Part shown: one piece after another, positions 52,521 to 61,766 of the stretch
Numbering within the stretch: the first letter of the stretch is position 1
How the letters are laid out: each line of letters begins with the position of its first letter
From: an uncultured Mollicutes bacterium
GTDB taxonomy: Bacteria; Bacillota_I; Bacilli_A; RFN20; CAG-826
Length of the DNA stretch: 64,000 nucleotides
Assembly: GCA_900540385.1 (NCBI GenBank)
Contig: UQFY01000002.1
Location: 73,274-137,273, forward strand
Reading direction: 5' to 3'
Made by a program: the position numbers and the translations under genes
The notes under the pieces: model-generated
Told to the model about the DNA's origin: nothing
The model's database searches: none
Seen by the model: the letters and a program-made list of their open reading frames with translations, nothing else

Positions 52521-52997
52521 ATGAAAAAAACGAACTATACAAAAGAACAAAAGAAAACCATTTTAATTTATTGTGGAGAATTAGTCATTTTCTCAGTGGT
52601 ATTCTTTACTATCGGCCTTCTTATCCTCTTAGAAGTAATTGGCATCAAAGACTGGAAAAGATATGTGTTTACCTATCTGACATTAATTGGCGGAATCTGG
52701 CCTATCGCTGATTTCATCTGGATGTTAGCAAGTCCTAAACATCGTTCACATAATTCCATGGTCGATAAATGCCTTCTTCTTCCCGTCCCATTAGCGTTAA
52801 TTCCATTCGATATTTGGGTTTTAACACAAGGCATTAACAATGTTGAAGACGTTGTTTTCCGTTTCGGAATTAGCATTCCATTGATGTATATTTCCATTGT
52901 TTATCTCTTTGAATGCGTTTACCACTACTTCAAACCAATTCCGATGCTTCTTGAAGAAGACGAAGAAGAAAAAGAAAAGAAAACAGAGGAGAAATAA
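52521..52997 (+). CDS. hypothetical 4-TM membrane protein with an acidic C-terminal tail
   Basis: 158 aa. SD GAGGAG lies 5 nt upstream. Four hydrophobic segments. The tail is EEDEEEKEKKTEEK. Confidence 0.65.
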   Translation: MKKTNYTKEQKKTILIYCGELVIFSVVFFTIGLLILLEVIGIKDWKRYVFTYLTLIGGIWPIADFIWMLASPKHRSHNSMVDKCLLLPVPLALIPFDIWVLTQGINNVEDVVFRFGISIPLMYISIVYLFECVYHYFKPIPMLLEEDEEEKEKKTEEK

Positions 52998-53012
52998 ATC
53001 TCCTCTTTTTTA
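52985..53012. terminator. bidirectional terminator shared by the membrane-protein gene and xth
   Basis: AGAGGAGA-AATAAA-TCTCCTCT followed by TTTTTT. On the minus strand it is followed by GTTTTCTTTTC. The hairpin spans the + strand gene's stop codon. Confidence 0.75.
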
Positions 53013-53774
53013 TAAATCGATATCTAATTCAACTGGACAATGATCCGAGCCAAGAATTTCCGTATGGATTTTGCTGTCTTTCACCTTATCCATAAGACGT
53101 TTTGAGACAAGGAAATAGTCAATTCTCCAACCGGCGTTCTTTTCTCTTGCGTGGAAACGATAACTCCACCAAGAATAAGTGACTGCATTTGGATATAACT
53201 CGCGGAAAGTATCGACAAAGCCTTTACTTAGAAGATTAGAAAACGCATTTCTTTCTTCATCGGTGAAACCGGCGTTATGGTGGTTTGTTGAAGGATTTTT
53301 CAAATCGATCTCATTATGAGCCACATTCAAATCTCCGGTATAAATAACTGGTTTCTTCTGGTCTAATTCCGTTAGATATTCCACAAGATCTTTCTCATAT
53401 TGCATACGGAAAGAAAGACGTTTTAATTCTTCTCCGGAATTAGGGACGTACGCCCCAACGAAATAAAAATTATCAAACTCGAGCGTAATCACACGCCCTT
53501 CTTCATCATATTTATGCTCTTTAAGACCATAATGAACGCTCAAGGGAGCCAATTTGCTATAGCAAGCAACCCCCGAATATCCTTTTTTCACTTGGCTGGT
53601 TCTTTGATAAAGATGATAGCCTTCTTTCTCGAATGGAAAAGGATCTTTGCCGTTTTCCGTGAACTTACTTTCTTCAATAAAGAAGATATCCGCGTTTAAG
53701 GAATCAAAGCTTTCTTCAAATCCTTTTTTAAGAATGGCACGGATTCCATTGACGTTAAATGACACTAGTTTCAT
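53010..53774 (-). CDS. xth: exodeoxyribonuclease III (ExoA/Xth AP endonuclease)
   Basis: 254 aa. MKLVSFNVNGIRA...EESK...GDLNVAHNEIDL...WRIDYFLVS...SDHCPV. Confidence 0.97.
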   Translation of the reverse strand: MKLVSFNVNGIRAILKKGFEESFDSLNADIFFIEESKFTENGKDPFPFEKEGYHLYQRTSQVKKGYSGVACYSKLAPLSVHYGLKEHKYDEEGRVITLEFDNFYFVGAYVPNSGEELKRLSFRMQYEKDLVEYLTELDQKKPVIYTGDLNVAHNEIDLKNPSTNHHNAGFTDEERNAFSNLLSKGFVDTFRELYPNAVTYSWWSYRFHAREKNAGWRIDYFLVSKRLMDKVKDSKIHTEILGSDHCPVELDIDL

Positions 53775-53839
53775 ACGAATATTCTACATTTTCTCTCTCC
53801 CTTTCTCCATAGGAGAAGAGAATCTAGTATAATGGGAGT

Positions 53840-56800
53840 ATGGCATTTATCCCTTTGCATGTATATAGTGGTTTCTCTTATCTTCAAAGCGCTTTAGAAG
53901 TAAACAAGCTTCCTTTTTTGGCAAAGAAATACGGCTATTCTTCGATTGCCTTAACGGATAAGGGAACAATGTCAGGGTATGCGCCTTTCGCCCATCGTTC
54001 TTTAGAAGCAGGCATCACCCCTATCTTTGGAATGGATATTGCCTATGGCGAAGAAACTTTTTCACTTTATGTAAAAAACGAAGAAGGATATCGAAACCTT
54101 CTTCCCCTTACCTTGCTTATCTCGGAAGAGAAACTTTCTTTGGAAGATATTCAAAAACATACAGATGGTCTTCTTCTCGTTTATTCTCCAAATCCTCTCG
54201 TCTTCGCTAAACTAAATCCTGAAGAGGAGAAAAAATACGCTTTCGATTTGGCTCATAAAATAAAGAATTTCTCTGAGGTATATCTTGCTCTCCCTTATTG
54301 GACGGAAAATAAAGAATATGTCGATAAAATAAGGAATTTTTCTAAAAAATATTCTTATAAAACGGTCGCTTTCCCTTTTCTTCGATACGAAAAGAAAGCC
54401 GATGCGATTGCCTTAGAGATACTCTCCGCCGTGCAAAAGAATATCAACCTCGTTATCAAAGAAAAAAGCGGAAACGAATGCTTTTTAAGTAACGAAGAAA
54501 TCTCATCCTTCTATAGCGAAGAAGAAATCGATAGAACAGAAGAAATCAAAGACGCGTGCAAAGATTTCATCTTCTTTCAAAAACGAGGTGGCTTGCTTCA
54601 TTTCCCTAATTCTTTAGGACTTTCTAGCGAGGAATATCTTGCTAAATGCGCTAAAAAAGGACTCGCTAAAAGACTCCCTAATTACGATGAAAACTACGAA
54701 AAACGATTGAATTATGAACTTGATGTCATAAACCGTATGGGTTATGCAGACTATTTCTTATTGGTTTCGGATTATGTTAATTACGCTAAAAATAATGGCA
54801 TCACAGTCGGTCCAGGAAGAGGCTCTGGAGCAGGATCATTAGTATCTTATTCTTTAGGAATTGTCGAATTAGATCCTATCCGTTATAACCTCATCTTTGA
54901 AAGATTCTTAAATCCGGAAAGACAGTCTATGCCAGACATCGACGTTGATTTTGCGGATATTTCTCGTGAAAGAGTTGTTACCTATCTTCAAAAGAAATGG
55001 GGAAAAGATAGAATCGGCCATGTCTTGACAACCCAAACCATCTTAGCCAAACAAGCTTTACGTGATGTTGGAAGAATCTATGGATACGATGATAAAAAAG
55101 AGGTCTCTTTGTTAATCGATGCGATGCTTTATCCTTATCATTCGTTACGTTTTAATTATGTCCACTCCCCCAAATTCAAATCCATCATCGATGGAGACAA
55201 ATATTTTTTAACTTTAGTTTCTTTAGCTTCTAAAATCGAAGGTCTTCCTCGCCAAGCGGGTTTGCATGCCGCAGGAATTGTGATTAACGATAAGCCTTTA
55301 TACGAAGTTTTACCGACCACAAACAATAACGAAGTAGGCTTTGTTGCTTGCTTAGAAAAAGATTTTCTGGAAGAACAAGGTTTCTTAAAGATGGACCTTT
55401 TGGGATTAAGGAATCTTACAATTATCGATGAATGCCTTGCTTTGATTCGAAAATATGAGGGCGTTGCCTTATCGCCTTACACTTTGCCTTACACCGATCC
55501 GAAAGCCATTCAAATCATTCGAGATGGCAAAGAAATGGGTCTTTTCCAGTTAGAAAGTTTAGGGATGAAACGAGCAATTAAAGAAGTTCAGCCTACTTCT
55601 TTTGAAGATGTAGCCGCTCTTTTAGCTCTCTTTAGACCAGGCCCAATGGATTCCATTCCCTCCTACGCTCGAAGAAAGGCAGGATTAGAAAGAATCACTT
55701 ACTTATCGAAAGAACTTGAACCAATCTTAAAAGATACATACGGCATTATTGTTTATCAGGAACAAATCATGCAAATCGTCAGAGAAATGGCTGGTTTCTC
55801 TTTTGGACAAGCGGATTTATTCCGTCGTGCGATTTCGAAGAAAAATGTTGATAAATTGGAGTCTTTAAAAGGTTCCTTTATTCAAGGATGCATTCAAAAT
55901 GGCAAGGATGAGGCGCTTGCAAGGAAGGTCTACGATTTGATTCTTCGTTTTGCCAATTATGGATTCAATAAATCACACGCTTTCTCCTATGCCGTTTTAA
56001 CTTGCCAAATGGCTTATTTAAAGGTTCATTATCCTAAAGAATTCTTCTGCTCGATTCTCGATTCTCTTTCTCCAGGAGACAGTAAGTTTGCAAACACCCT
56101 GAGTGAATTAAAAGAGATACATATTTCTCTTTCCGTCCCGGATATTAATTTTTCTGAGATGGGTTTTGTAATTGATAAAAACAACCTTCGTTTCCCTTTG
56201 TCTTTAATTAAGGGTCTTCAAAGCAAATTTCTCTCTTCCATCATCGACGAAAGAATGATGAATGGAAAATACGAAGATATCTTTGATTTTGCTGCACGCA
56301 CAAAAAAATACGGCCTCAATCTTCAAACCCTCGTCAAGCTGATTGATGCGGGCTGTTTTGACTCCTTATGCTCGTCAAGAGAATCTTTAAGAGCAAGTGC
56401 CTATGCCGCGATGGAATATGCAGAAATGCTTTTTGGAACCGATGGGCAGCAATTCTTGATGGAAATTGGCATTTCTAAACCTGTTTTAGAAAATGTCTTA
56501 GACGATAAAGGCATCAACTTGCAAAGAGAATACGATGCCTTAGGTATGATGGTAAGTGACTCCCCTCTTTCTCTTTACGAAGATGTTTTGAAAAAAGAAA
56601 ACGCCATCTCTTTAGCGGATATGGAGGAGAAAAACGGACCCATTATCAGTGCAGGCGTGATTAAATCCATTCGAGCGATTAATACAAAAAGAGGTAAAAA
56701 GATGGCGTTTATGCAACTATATGACGCCAATTCTGAAAGGGAATTCGTTCTTTTCTCTGATGCGTTCGAAAAGAATTATCCAATCTTAAAGAACGATGCG

Positions 56801-56887
56801 GTAATCCTTTTTCGTGCCCATAAAGACACAAGGAAAAACGGTTCCTTTATCATCGATGATGTTAGATTATTAGGAGGCAACATATGA
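53840..56887 (+). CDS. dnaE: DNA polymerase III alpha subunit (DnaE type)
   Basis: 1015 aa with an N-terminal PHP (PLHVYSGFSYLQS), the catalytic PDIDVDF motif, HhH, and an OB-fold at the C-terminus. Confidence 0.96.
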   Translation: MAFIPLHVYSGFSYLQSALEVNKLPFLAKKYGYSSIALTDKGTMSGYAPFAHRSLEAGITPIFGMDIAYGEETFSLYVKNEEGYRNLLPLTLLISEEKLSLEDIQKHTDGLLLVYSPNPLVFAKLNPEEEKKYAFDLAHKIKNFSEVYLALPYWTENKEYVDKIRNFSKKYSYKTVAFPFLRYEKKADAIALEILSAVQKNINLVIKEKSGNECFLSNEEISSFYSEEEIDRTEEIKDACKDFIFFQKRGGLLHFPNSLGLSSEEYLAKCAKKGLAKRLPNYDENYEKRLNYELDVINRMGYADYFLLVSDYVNYAKNNGITVGPGRGSGAGSLVSYSLGIVELDPIRYNLIFERFLNPERQSMPDIDVDFADISRERVVTYLQKKWGKDRIGHVLTTQTILAKQALRDVGRIYGYDDKKEVSLLIDAMLYPYHSLRFNYVHSPKFKSIIDGDKYFLTLVSLASKIEGLPRQAGLHAAGIVINDKPLYEVLPTTNNNEVGFVACLEKDFLEEQGFLKMDLLGLRNLTIIDECLALIRKYEGVALSPYTLPYTDPKAIQIIRDGKEMGLFQLESLGMKRAIKEVQPTSFEDVAALLALFRPGPMDSIPSYARRKAGLERITYLSKELEPILKDTYGIIVYQEQIMQIVREMAGFSFGQADLFRRAISKKNVDKLESLKGSFIQGCIQNGKDEALARKVYDLILRFANYGFNKSHAFSYAVLTCQMAYLKVHYPKEFFCSILDSLSPGDSKFANTLSELKEIHISLSVPDINFSEMGFVIDKNNLRFPLSLIKGLQSKFLSSIIDERMMNGKYEDIFDFAARTKKYGLNLQTLVKLIDAGCFDSLCSSRESLRASAYAAMEYAEMLFGTDGQQFLMEIGISKPVLENVLDDKGINLQREYDALGMMVSDSPLSLYEDVLKKENAISLADMEEKNGPIISAGVIKSIRAINTKRGKKMAFMQLYDANSEREFVLFSDAFEKNYPILKNDAVILFRAHKDTRKNGSFIIDDVRLLGGNI

Positions 56888-59481
56888 AAAAACTATTCGT
56901 AATAGACGGGAACAGTCTTTTATTCCGTGCTTATTATGCAACTTCTTATGGCGGAGGAGCGGTTATGTCCACAAAGAGCGGAATACCGACAAACGCGATC
57001 TTCGCTTTTGGAAATATGCTCACAAAGCTTCTTTCTTCTTTCAAAGGGGGAGAATCTATTTTCATTGGTTTCGATGCGGATTCACACACCTTCCGCAAAG
57101 AAGAATACAAAGATTACAAAGCCAATAGAAAACCATGCCCAGAAGATTTAAAGAAACAATTCCCTATCTCACGAGAATTATGCAAAGCCTTGGGGATCAT
57201 TTGTTATGAAGAACACGGCATCGAGGCCGATGATATTTGCGGAACAGTCGCAAAAATGGGTTCTAAAGCAGGATATGAGGTTGAAGTTTTTACTTCCGAT
57301 AAGGATTATCTTCAATTAATCGATTCCCATATTTCGATCTCTCTTTTGAAAGTGGGTTTGTCCAATATGGACCTCGTCACGAAAGAGAACATGAAGGAAA
57401 AATACGGTTTTGATCCTCTCCAAATCATAGATTATAAGGGACTTAGAGGAGATTCTTCCGATAATCTTCCTGGTATTCCGGGGATCGGGGACAAAACGGC
57501 CGTTAAACTCATTCAAGACTACGGTTCTTTTGCTAAAATTCTTGAAGTTGCACCATCTCAAAAAGGAAAGGCTTGGCAAAATATCGTCACCTATGCCGAA
57601 CAAGGCAAGCAATGTTATGAGCTTGCTACGATTTTAACCGATGTAAAGTTGCCTTTCTCTCTCGAAGAATTGGAATATAAAGGCTATTCTTTTTCTGAGG
57701 TTTCCGCGTTTGCGAATAAATATGAGTTAAAGCAATTGCTTTTCCGTTTACCTCAAAATTTAAAAGCCCAAGAAAAGACCAATAGTGAAATCGTCTCGAA
57801 ACAAGTGACTTCTTTAGAGGGCATTTCTTTCGGAAAGAAAATCGGCGTAGCCTTGGATATGGATTATTCCTCTTATCACGATGGAGAAGTATATGGCATC
57901 GCCTTTGCTAATGAAGAGGGAAGTTATTACGAAACTTTAGACGTTTTCTTAAAAGATCCATTGGCTAAAAAGATGCTCGAAGATCCTGATATATCCAAAG
58001 ATATCTACGATGGAAAGGCCTCTATTTACGCTTTATCTTTATTAGGCATTTCTTTGAAAGGGATTCAAAATGACCTTCTTTTGGCCGCTTATTTGCAAGA
58101 TTCTTCCTTAAATAGCAACCCTAATCTCGTTTATTCCTCTTTCGGGGTAGACATTTCTTCTGAAGAGGAAGAAATTTCTCTCTTTAGCAAAGGACAAATG
58201 AAAAGCTGCATGAAAATGGCTTATTTCGCCTTGTCTTTAGAAGAAAAAGCGATAAAAAACCTTAAGAGTGTCGACGCTTATTCCCTTTATACGGATGTAG
58301 AAATGCCTCTTATGAAGGTGCTTGCCAAAATGGAATTAGAGGGTTTCCCAATTCATAAAGAAGTTCTCGAGGATTTTAAAGGCTCTTTTGAAAAGAAAAA
58401 GAAAGAATACCAAGAAAAAATCTATTCTTTGGCAGGGAAAGAATTCAATATCAACTCCTCGAAACAAGTCGCGGATGTTCTATATAAAGACCTCGCCCTT
58501 CCAGATACGAAGAAAGGCTCCACTTCCGTTGAAGCGTTAACGGAATTAGAGAATCTTCACCCCATTATTCCGATGATTTTAAATTATCGCAAATACGCTA
58601 AGCTCTTAAGTACTTACATCGATGGACTGGTTCCCTATATTAAAGAAGATAAGAAAATCCATTCTTATTTCAACCAAGCGCAAACCTCTACCGGACGTCT
58701 TTCTTCCTCTTCGCCAAACCTTCAAAATATCAGCGCAAGAGACGAAGAAGGAAGACAAATCCGTAAGGCTTTCTACTATGATGATCCAAATATCCTTCTT
58801 CTTTCTTTAGATTATCACCAAATCGAATTAAGAATCTTATCCGCTTTATCTTCTTGCCAAGCCTATATCGATGTTTTTAACAACAATCATGATGTTCATA
58901 CAGAAACAGCCAAGAAGATTTTCCATGTTGATGAGGTCACACCTGCTTTAAGAAGACAGGCAAAAGCCATTAACTTTGCCATTATTTATGGCACGACTGT
59001 TTTTGGTTTAGCTCAGCAAATCGGTTCAACTTTCGAGGAAGCGAAACAAGTCATTAATAATTTCTACCAATCTTATCCAGAAGTAGGAACTTATCTAAAT
59101 CAAATCATTCATGACGCCGAAACAAAAGGGTACGTTACGACGATGTTTGGAAGAAGAAGATATCTTAGAGAAATCAACGATCCGAATTTCGTAAAAAGAG
59201 AGGCCGCCAGAAGAGCTGCTTTAAACGCGCCAGTTCAAGGTTCAGCAGCCGATTTGATTAAAATCGCGATGGTTCGTATTGATCAATTCCTAGAAGAAAA
59301 GAAACTCAAAAGCAAAATGGTTCTTCAGATTCATGACGAACTGATTTTCGCCGTTCCGAAAGAAGAATTGGATTTTATGAAAGAAAACATTTCTAAAATC
59401 ATGACTTCTGCCGTTTCTTTACCAGTTAAACTCACCGTCGAAGCGGGTATTGGCCATTCTTGGTATGATGCAAAGGATTAA
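56884..59481 (+). CDS. polA: DNA polymerase I
   Basis: 865 aa. 5'-nuclease domain (GIEADD, GIPGIGDKTA), a vestigial 3'-5' exo region, and pol motifs A (LSLDYHQIELR), B (RRQAKAINFAIIYG) and C (QIHDEL). Its ATG overlaps the dnaE TGA (ATGA). Confidence 0.97.
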   Translation: MKKLFVIDGNSLLFRAYYATSYGGGAVMSTKSGIPTNAIFAFGNMLTKLLSSFKGGESIFIGFDADSHTFRKEEYKDYKANRKPCPEDLKKQFPISRELCKALGIICYEEHGIEADDICGTVAKMGSKAGYEVEVFTSDKDYLQLIDSHISISLLKVGLSNMDLVTKENMKEKYGFDPLQIIDYKGLRGDSSDNLPGIPGIGDKTAVKLIQDYGSFAKILEVAPSQKGKAWQNIVTYAEQGKQCYELATILTDVKLPFSLEELEYKGYSFSEVSAFANKYELKQLLFRLPQNLKAQEKTNSEIVSKQVTSLEGISFGKKIGVALDMDYSSYHDGEVYGIAFANEEGSYYETLDVFLKDPLAKKMLEDPDISKDIYDGKASIYALSLLGISLKGIQNDLLLAAYLQDSSLNSNPNLVYSSFGVDISSEEEEISLFSKGQMKSCMKMAYFALSLEEKAIKNLKSVDAYSLYTDVEMPLMKVLAKMELEGFPIHKEVLEDFKGSFEKKKKEYQEKIYSLAGKEFNINSSKQVADVLYKDLALPDTKKGSTSVEALTELENLHPIIPMILNYRKYAKLLSTYIDGLVPYIKEDKKIHSYFNQAQTSTGRLSSSSPNLQNISARDEEGRQIRKAFYYDDPNILLLSLDYHQIELRILSALSSCQAYIDVFNNNHDVHTETAKKIFHVDEVTPALRRQAKAINFAIIYGTTVFGLAQQIGSTFEEAKQVINNFYQSYPEVGTYLNQIIHDAETKGYVTTMFGRRRYLREINDPNFVKREAARRAALNAPVQGSAADLIKIAMVRIDQFLEEKKLKSKMVLQIHDELIFAVPKEELDFMKENISKIMTSAVSLPVKLTVEAGIGHSWYDAKD

Positions 59482-59484
59482 TTT

Positions 59485-60891
59485 ATGCCAGAACTTCCTG
59501 AAGTAGAAACTATTGTTCGTTATTTAAATGAGTATCTTCCCGGAAAAAAGATAAAGGATATTCGTATATTTCGGGAAAAGAATGTCCTGAGTGGCGCTCT
59601 TTCTTTCCAAAAAGAACTTGTTGGCGAATCTTTTTTAAAGGTTACTCGCCGTGCAAAATTCCTTATTTTTCATCTTAGTAATGACAAAGTGGTCATTGCC
59701 CATCTTCGTATGGAAGGGAAATATTATTTTGAAGAAAAAGATCTTTCTCAAAAGAAACACGATATCTTGATTTATGATTTCGTGGATGGAAGCTCCTTGC
59801 ATTATAACGATGTAAGAACTTTCGGAACCTTAGAGTTATCCAATGAAAAGGAATATCTTCAAGTTTCCTCTCTTTCTTCTTTAGGAAAAGAGCCTTTTTC
59901 CATATCTTCCGAAGAGTTTTTCTCTCTTCTTCAGAAAAAAGGAAAACATCCGATTAAACAAGCTCTATTAGATCAAAACTTAATCGTGGGAATCGGGAAC
60001 ATCTACGCTTCAGAAATACTTTTTGCCAGCAAGATGAATCCAAGAACCCCTTGCGAAGATATTTCTTTAGAAAAAAGTGGTCTTCTACTCAAAGAGACAA
60101 AACGTATCCTCTCGGAAGCAATCGCTCTAGGCGGTTCCACTATTCGAAGCTATCATCCAAAAGAAGGCGTCTCGGGAAAGATGCAAAATAAACTTCAGGT
60201 ATATGGACAAGAAAATAAGCCATGCCCTCAATGTGGAACGCCTATTCGTAGAGTCTTTATGAATGGCAGAAGCACCTTTTATTGCCCTCTTTGTCAAAAA
60301 GAGGAGGGACATGGCATCATTATCGGTGTAACAGGTCCTATTGCAAGCGGTAAAAGCACGGTAACATCGTATCTTTTCGAAAAAGGTTTTATCGATTTAG
60401 ATTCGGATAGATACGCCCATGAGTCTTATGAAGATAAGGATGTTAAAAAGAGATTAAAAGAAAGCTTCCCAAGGGCATTTTCTAAAGGGCACCTAGACCG
60501 TAAAAAATTGCTTCAAATCGTTTCAAAAGATGAAGAAAAGATGCATATCCTAAATTCCATCATTCATCCTTACGTTTATAAGCGTACGGAAGAGGAAATA
60601 AGAAGACATCCTGAAAAGAATTTCGTCATTGATATGCCTCTTCTTTTAACGTCGCCTTTCTTAAATCGTTGTGATTTCATCATTGGGGTGAACGCTCCTA
60701 TCGAAATGAGGAAAGAAAGACTCCAAAAACGTGGAGTGGATGTAGAAAAAGCGTTGGAGCTGAATTCTTCTTTCCCTCTGAAAGAATTAAAAAAAGCTGC
60801 CACGGTTTATCTAGAAACCACCGGCAGCAAAGAAGAAAGTAGAAAAATACTTGATTCCTATCCTTTCTTAACGGGAAGCAAAATTCTCTAA
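59485..60891 (+). CDS. fusion protein: formamidopyrimidine-DNA glycosylase (Fpg/MutM) N-terminal part plus dephospho-CoA kinase (CoaE) C-terminal part
   Basis: MPELPEVETI... through Zn finger CPQCG...YCPLCQ (aa 1-~270). After the 6-aa linker KEEGHG come IIIGVTGPIASGKST and the rest of a CoaE fold (aa ~277-468). It is one continuous frame with no stop or ATG at the junction. Confidence 0.85.
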   Translation: MPELPEVETIVRYLNEYLPGKKIKDIRIFREKNVLSGALSFQKELVGESFLKVTRRAKFLIFHLSNDKVVIAHLRMEGKYYFEEKDLSQKKHDILIYDFVDGSSLHYNDVRTFGTLELSNEKEYLQVSSLSSLGKEPFSISSEEFFSLLQKKGKHPIKQALLDQNLIVGIGNIYASEILFASKMNPRTPCEDISLEKSGLLLKETKRILSEAIALGGSTIRSYHPKEGVSGKMQNKLQVYGQENKPCPQCGTPIRRVFMNGRSTFYCPLCQKEEGHGIIIGVTGPIASGKSTVTSYLFEKGFIDLDSDRYAHESYEDKDVKKRLKESFPRAFSKGHLDRKKLLQIVSKDEEKMHILNSIIHPYVYKRTEEEIRRHPEKNFVIDMPLLLTSPFLNRCDFIIGVNAPIEMRKERLQKRGVDVEKALELNSSFPLKELKKAATVYLETTGSKEESRKILDSYPFLTGSKIL

Positions 60892-61755
60892 ACCTCTTTC
60901 AAGATGGTATTCCCCTTCTTCGGGTTTGAGATTATCACGAATAATATCCACTAATTTTCTAGCAAGGATATTTGCACCATAACGTATGTTATAGAGCTGC
61001 TCCACTTCAGAAAGAGAATAATCCGAAGCAAACAAGGTAATCTTGCGTTTTTTGGAGCGTTCCGTTAATAAAGGAATGACGATTTGGTCACGAACGTAAT
61101 CAGATTTGAATTCAGAGCCGAAATCATCAATAGCTAAAAAGTCTAAAGAAGAGAGCTCTTGCATCGTTTGATCAAATTTCATTTTGTCTTTGATCGCCAA
61201 GCCTTTCAGTTCATCGAAACGTTTGTTTGCGTTTATGAATGCGACCTTTTTCCCTTTTCTAGCCTGATCATTCAAGAAGGCGGCTAAAGCAAAGCTTTTT
61301 CCCGCTCCTAAAGGACCATAGGCATAGAACCAGTTCTGATAGGCTCCTTTTAAAGAAAGAGCGATATGTTTCTTAAATTCTTTTTCTCTCACCGTGCGGA
61401 AAGATTTCAAAGAAGAAGCGAGCCAATCATCAGGAAAATCTCTAAGATAATAGTTTTCTAAGAGACGTCTTTCTTCTTTTGTGGTCTCCGTTTCTTCATA
61501 ATGGCATGTAAGTTTTCCCGCGTCGGAGATTTCTAAAACCATTTTAAGGGTGTTAGGGTCTTTTTTAACTTCTTTTTGATTGTCTTGATAGGTTGCTAAA
61601 AGTGGCAAATAAGAAGGGATTTCTTCATCCTGAATGCCTAATTCATGAAGAATATCCATCAAAGATTTGTCGTTTGTGATGTCTTTTAAAAGAGAATTCA
61701 CCCTATCTTGATCAGGGAGAAAGCCTAAAGCGTTCATTTTTTTAAGTTCTTCCAT
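60868..61755 (-). CDS. dnaI: primosomal helicase loader DnaI
   Basis: 295 aa with AAA+ Walker A GPLGAGKSF and Walker B FLAIDDFG. It follows dnaB. The 3' end overlaps the mutM-coaE end by 24 nt. Confidence 0.9.
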   Translation of the reverse strand: MEELKKMNALGFLPDQDRVNSLLKDITNDKSLMDILHELGIQDEEIPSYLPLLATYQDNQKEVKKDPNTLKMVLEISDAGKLTCHYEETETTKEERRLLENYYLRDFPDDWLASSLKSFRTVREKEFKKHIALSLKGAYQNWFYAYGPLGAGKSFALAAFLNDQARKGKKVAFINANKRFDELKGLAIKDKMKFDQTMQELSSLDFLAIDDFGSEFKSDYVRDQIVIPLLTERSKKRKITLFASDYSLSEVEQLYNIRYGANILARKLVDIIRDNLKPEEGEYHLERGLENFASR

Positions 61756-61766
61756 TTTGTTCTCCT

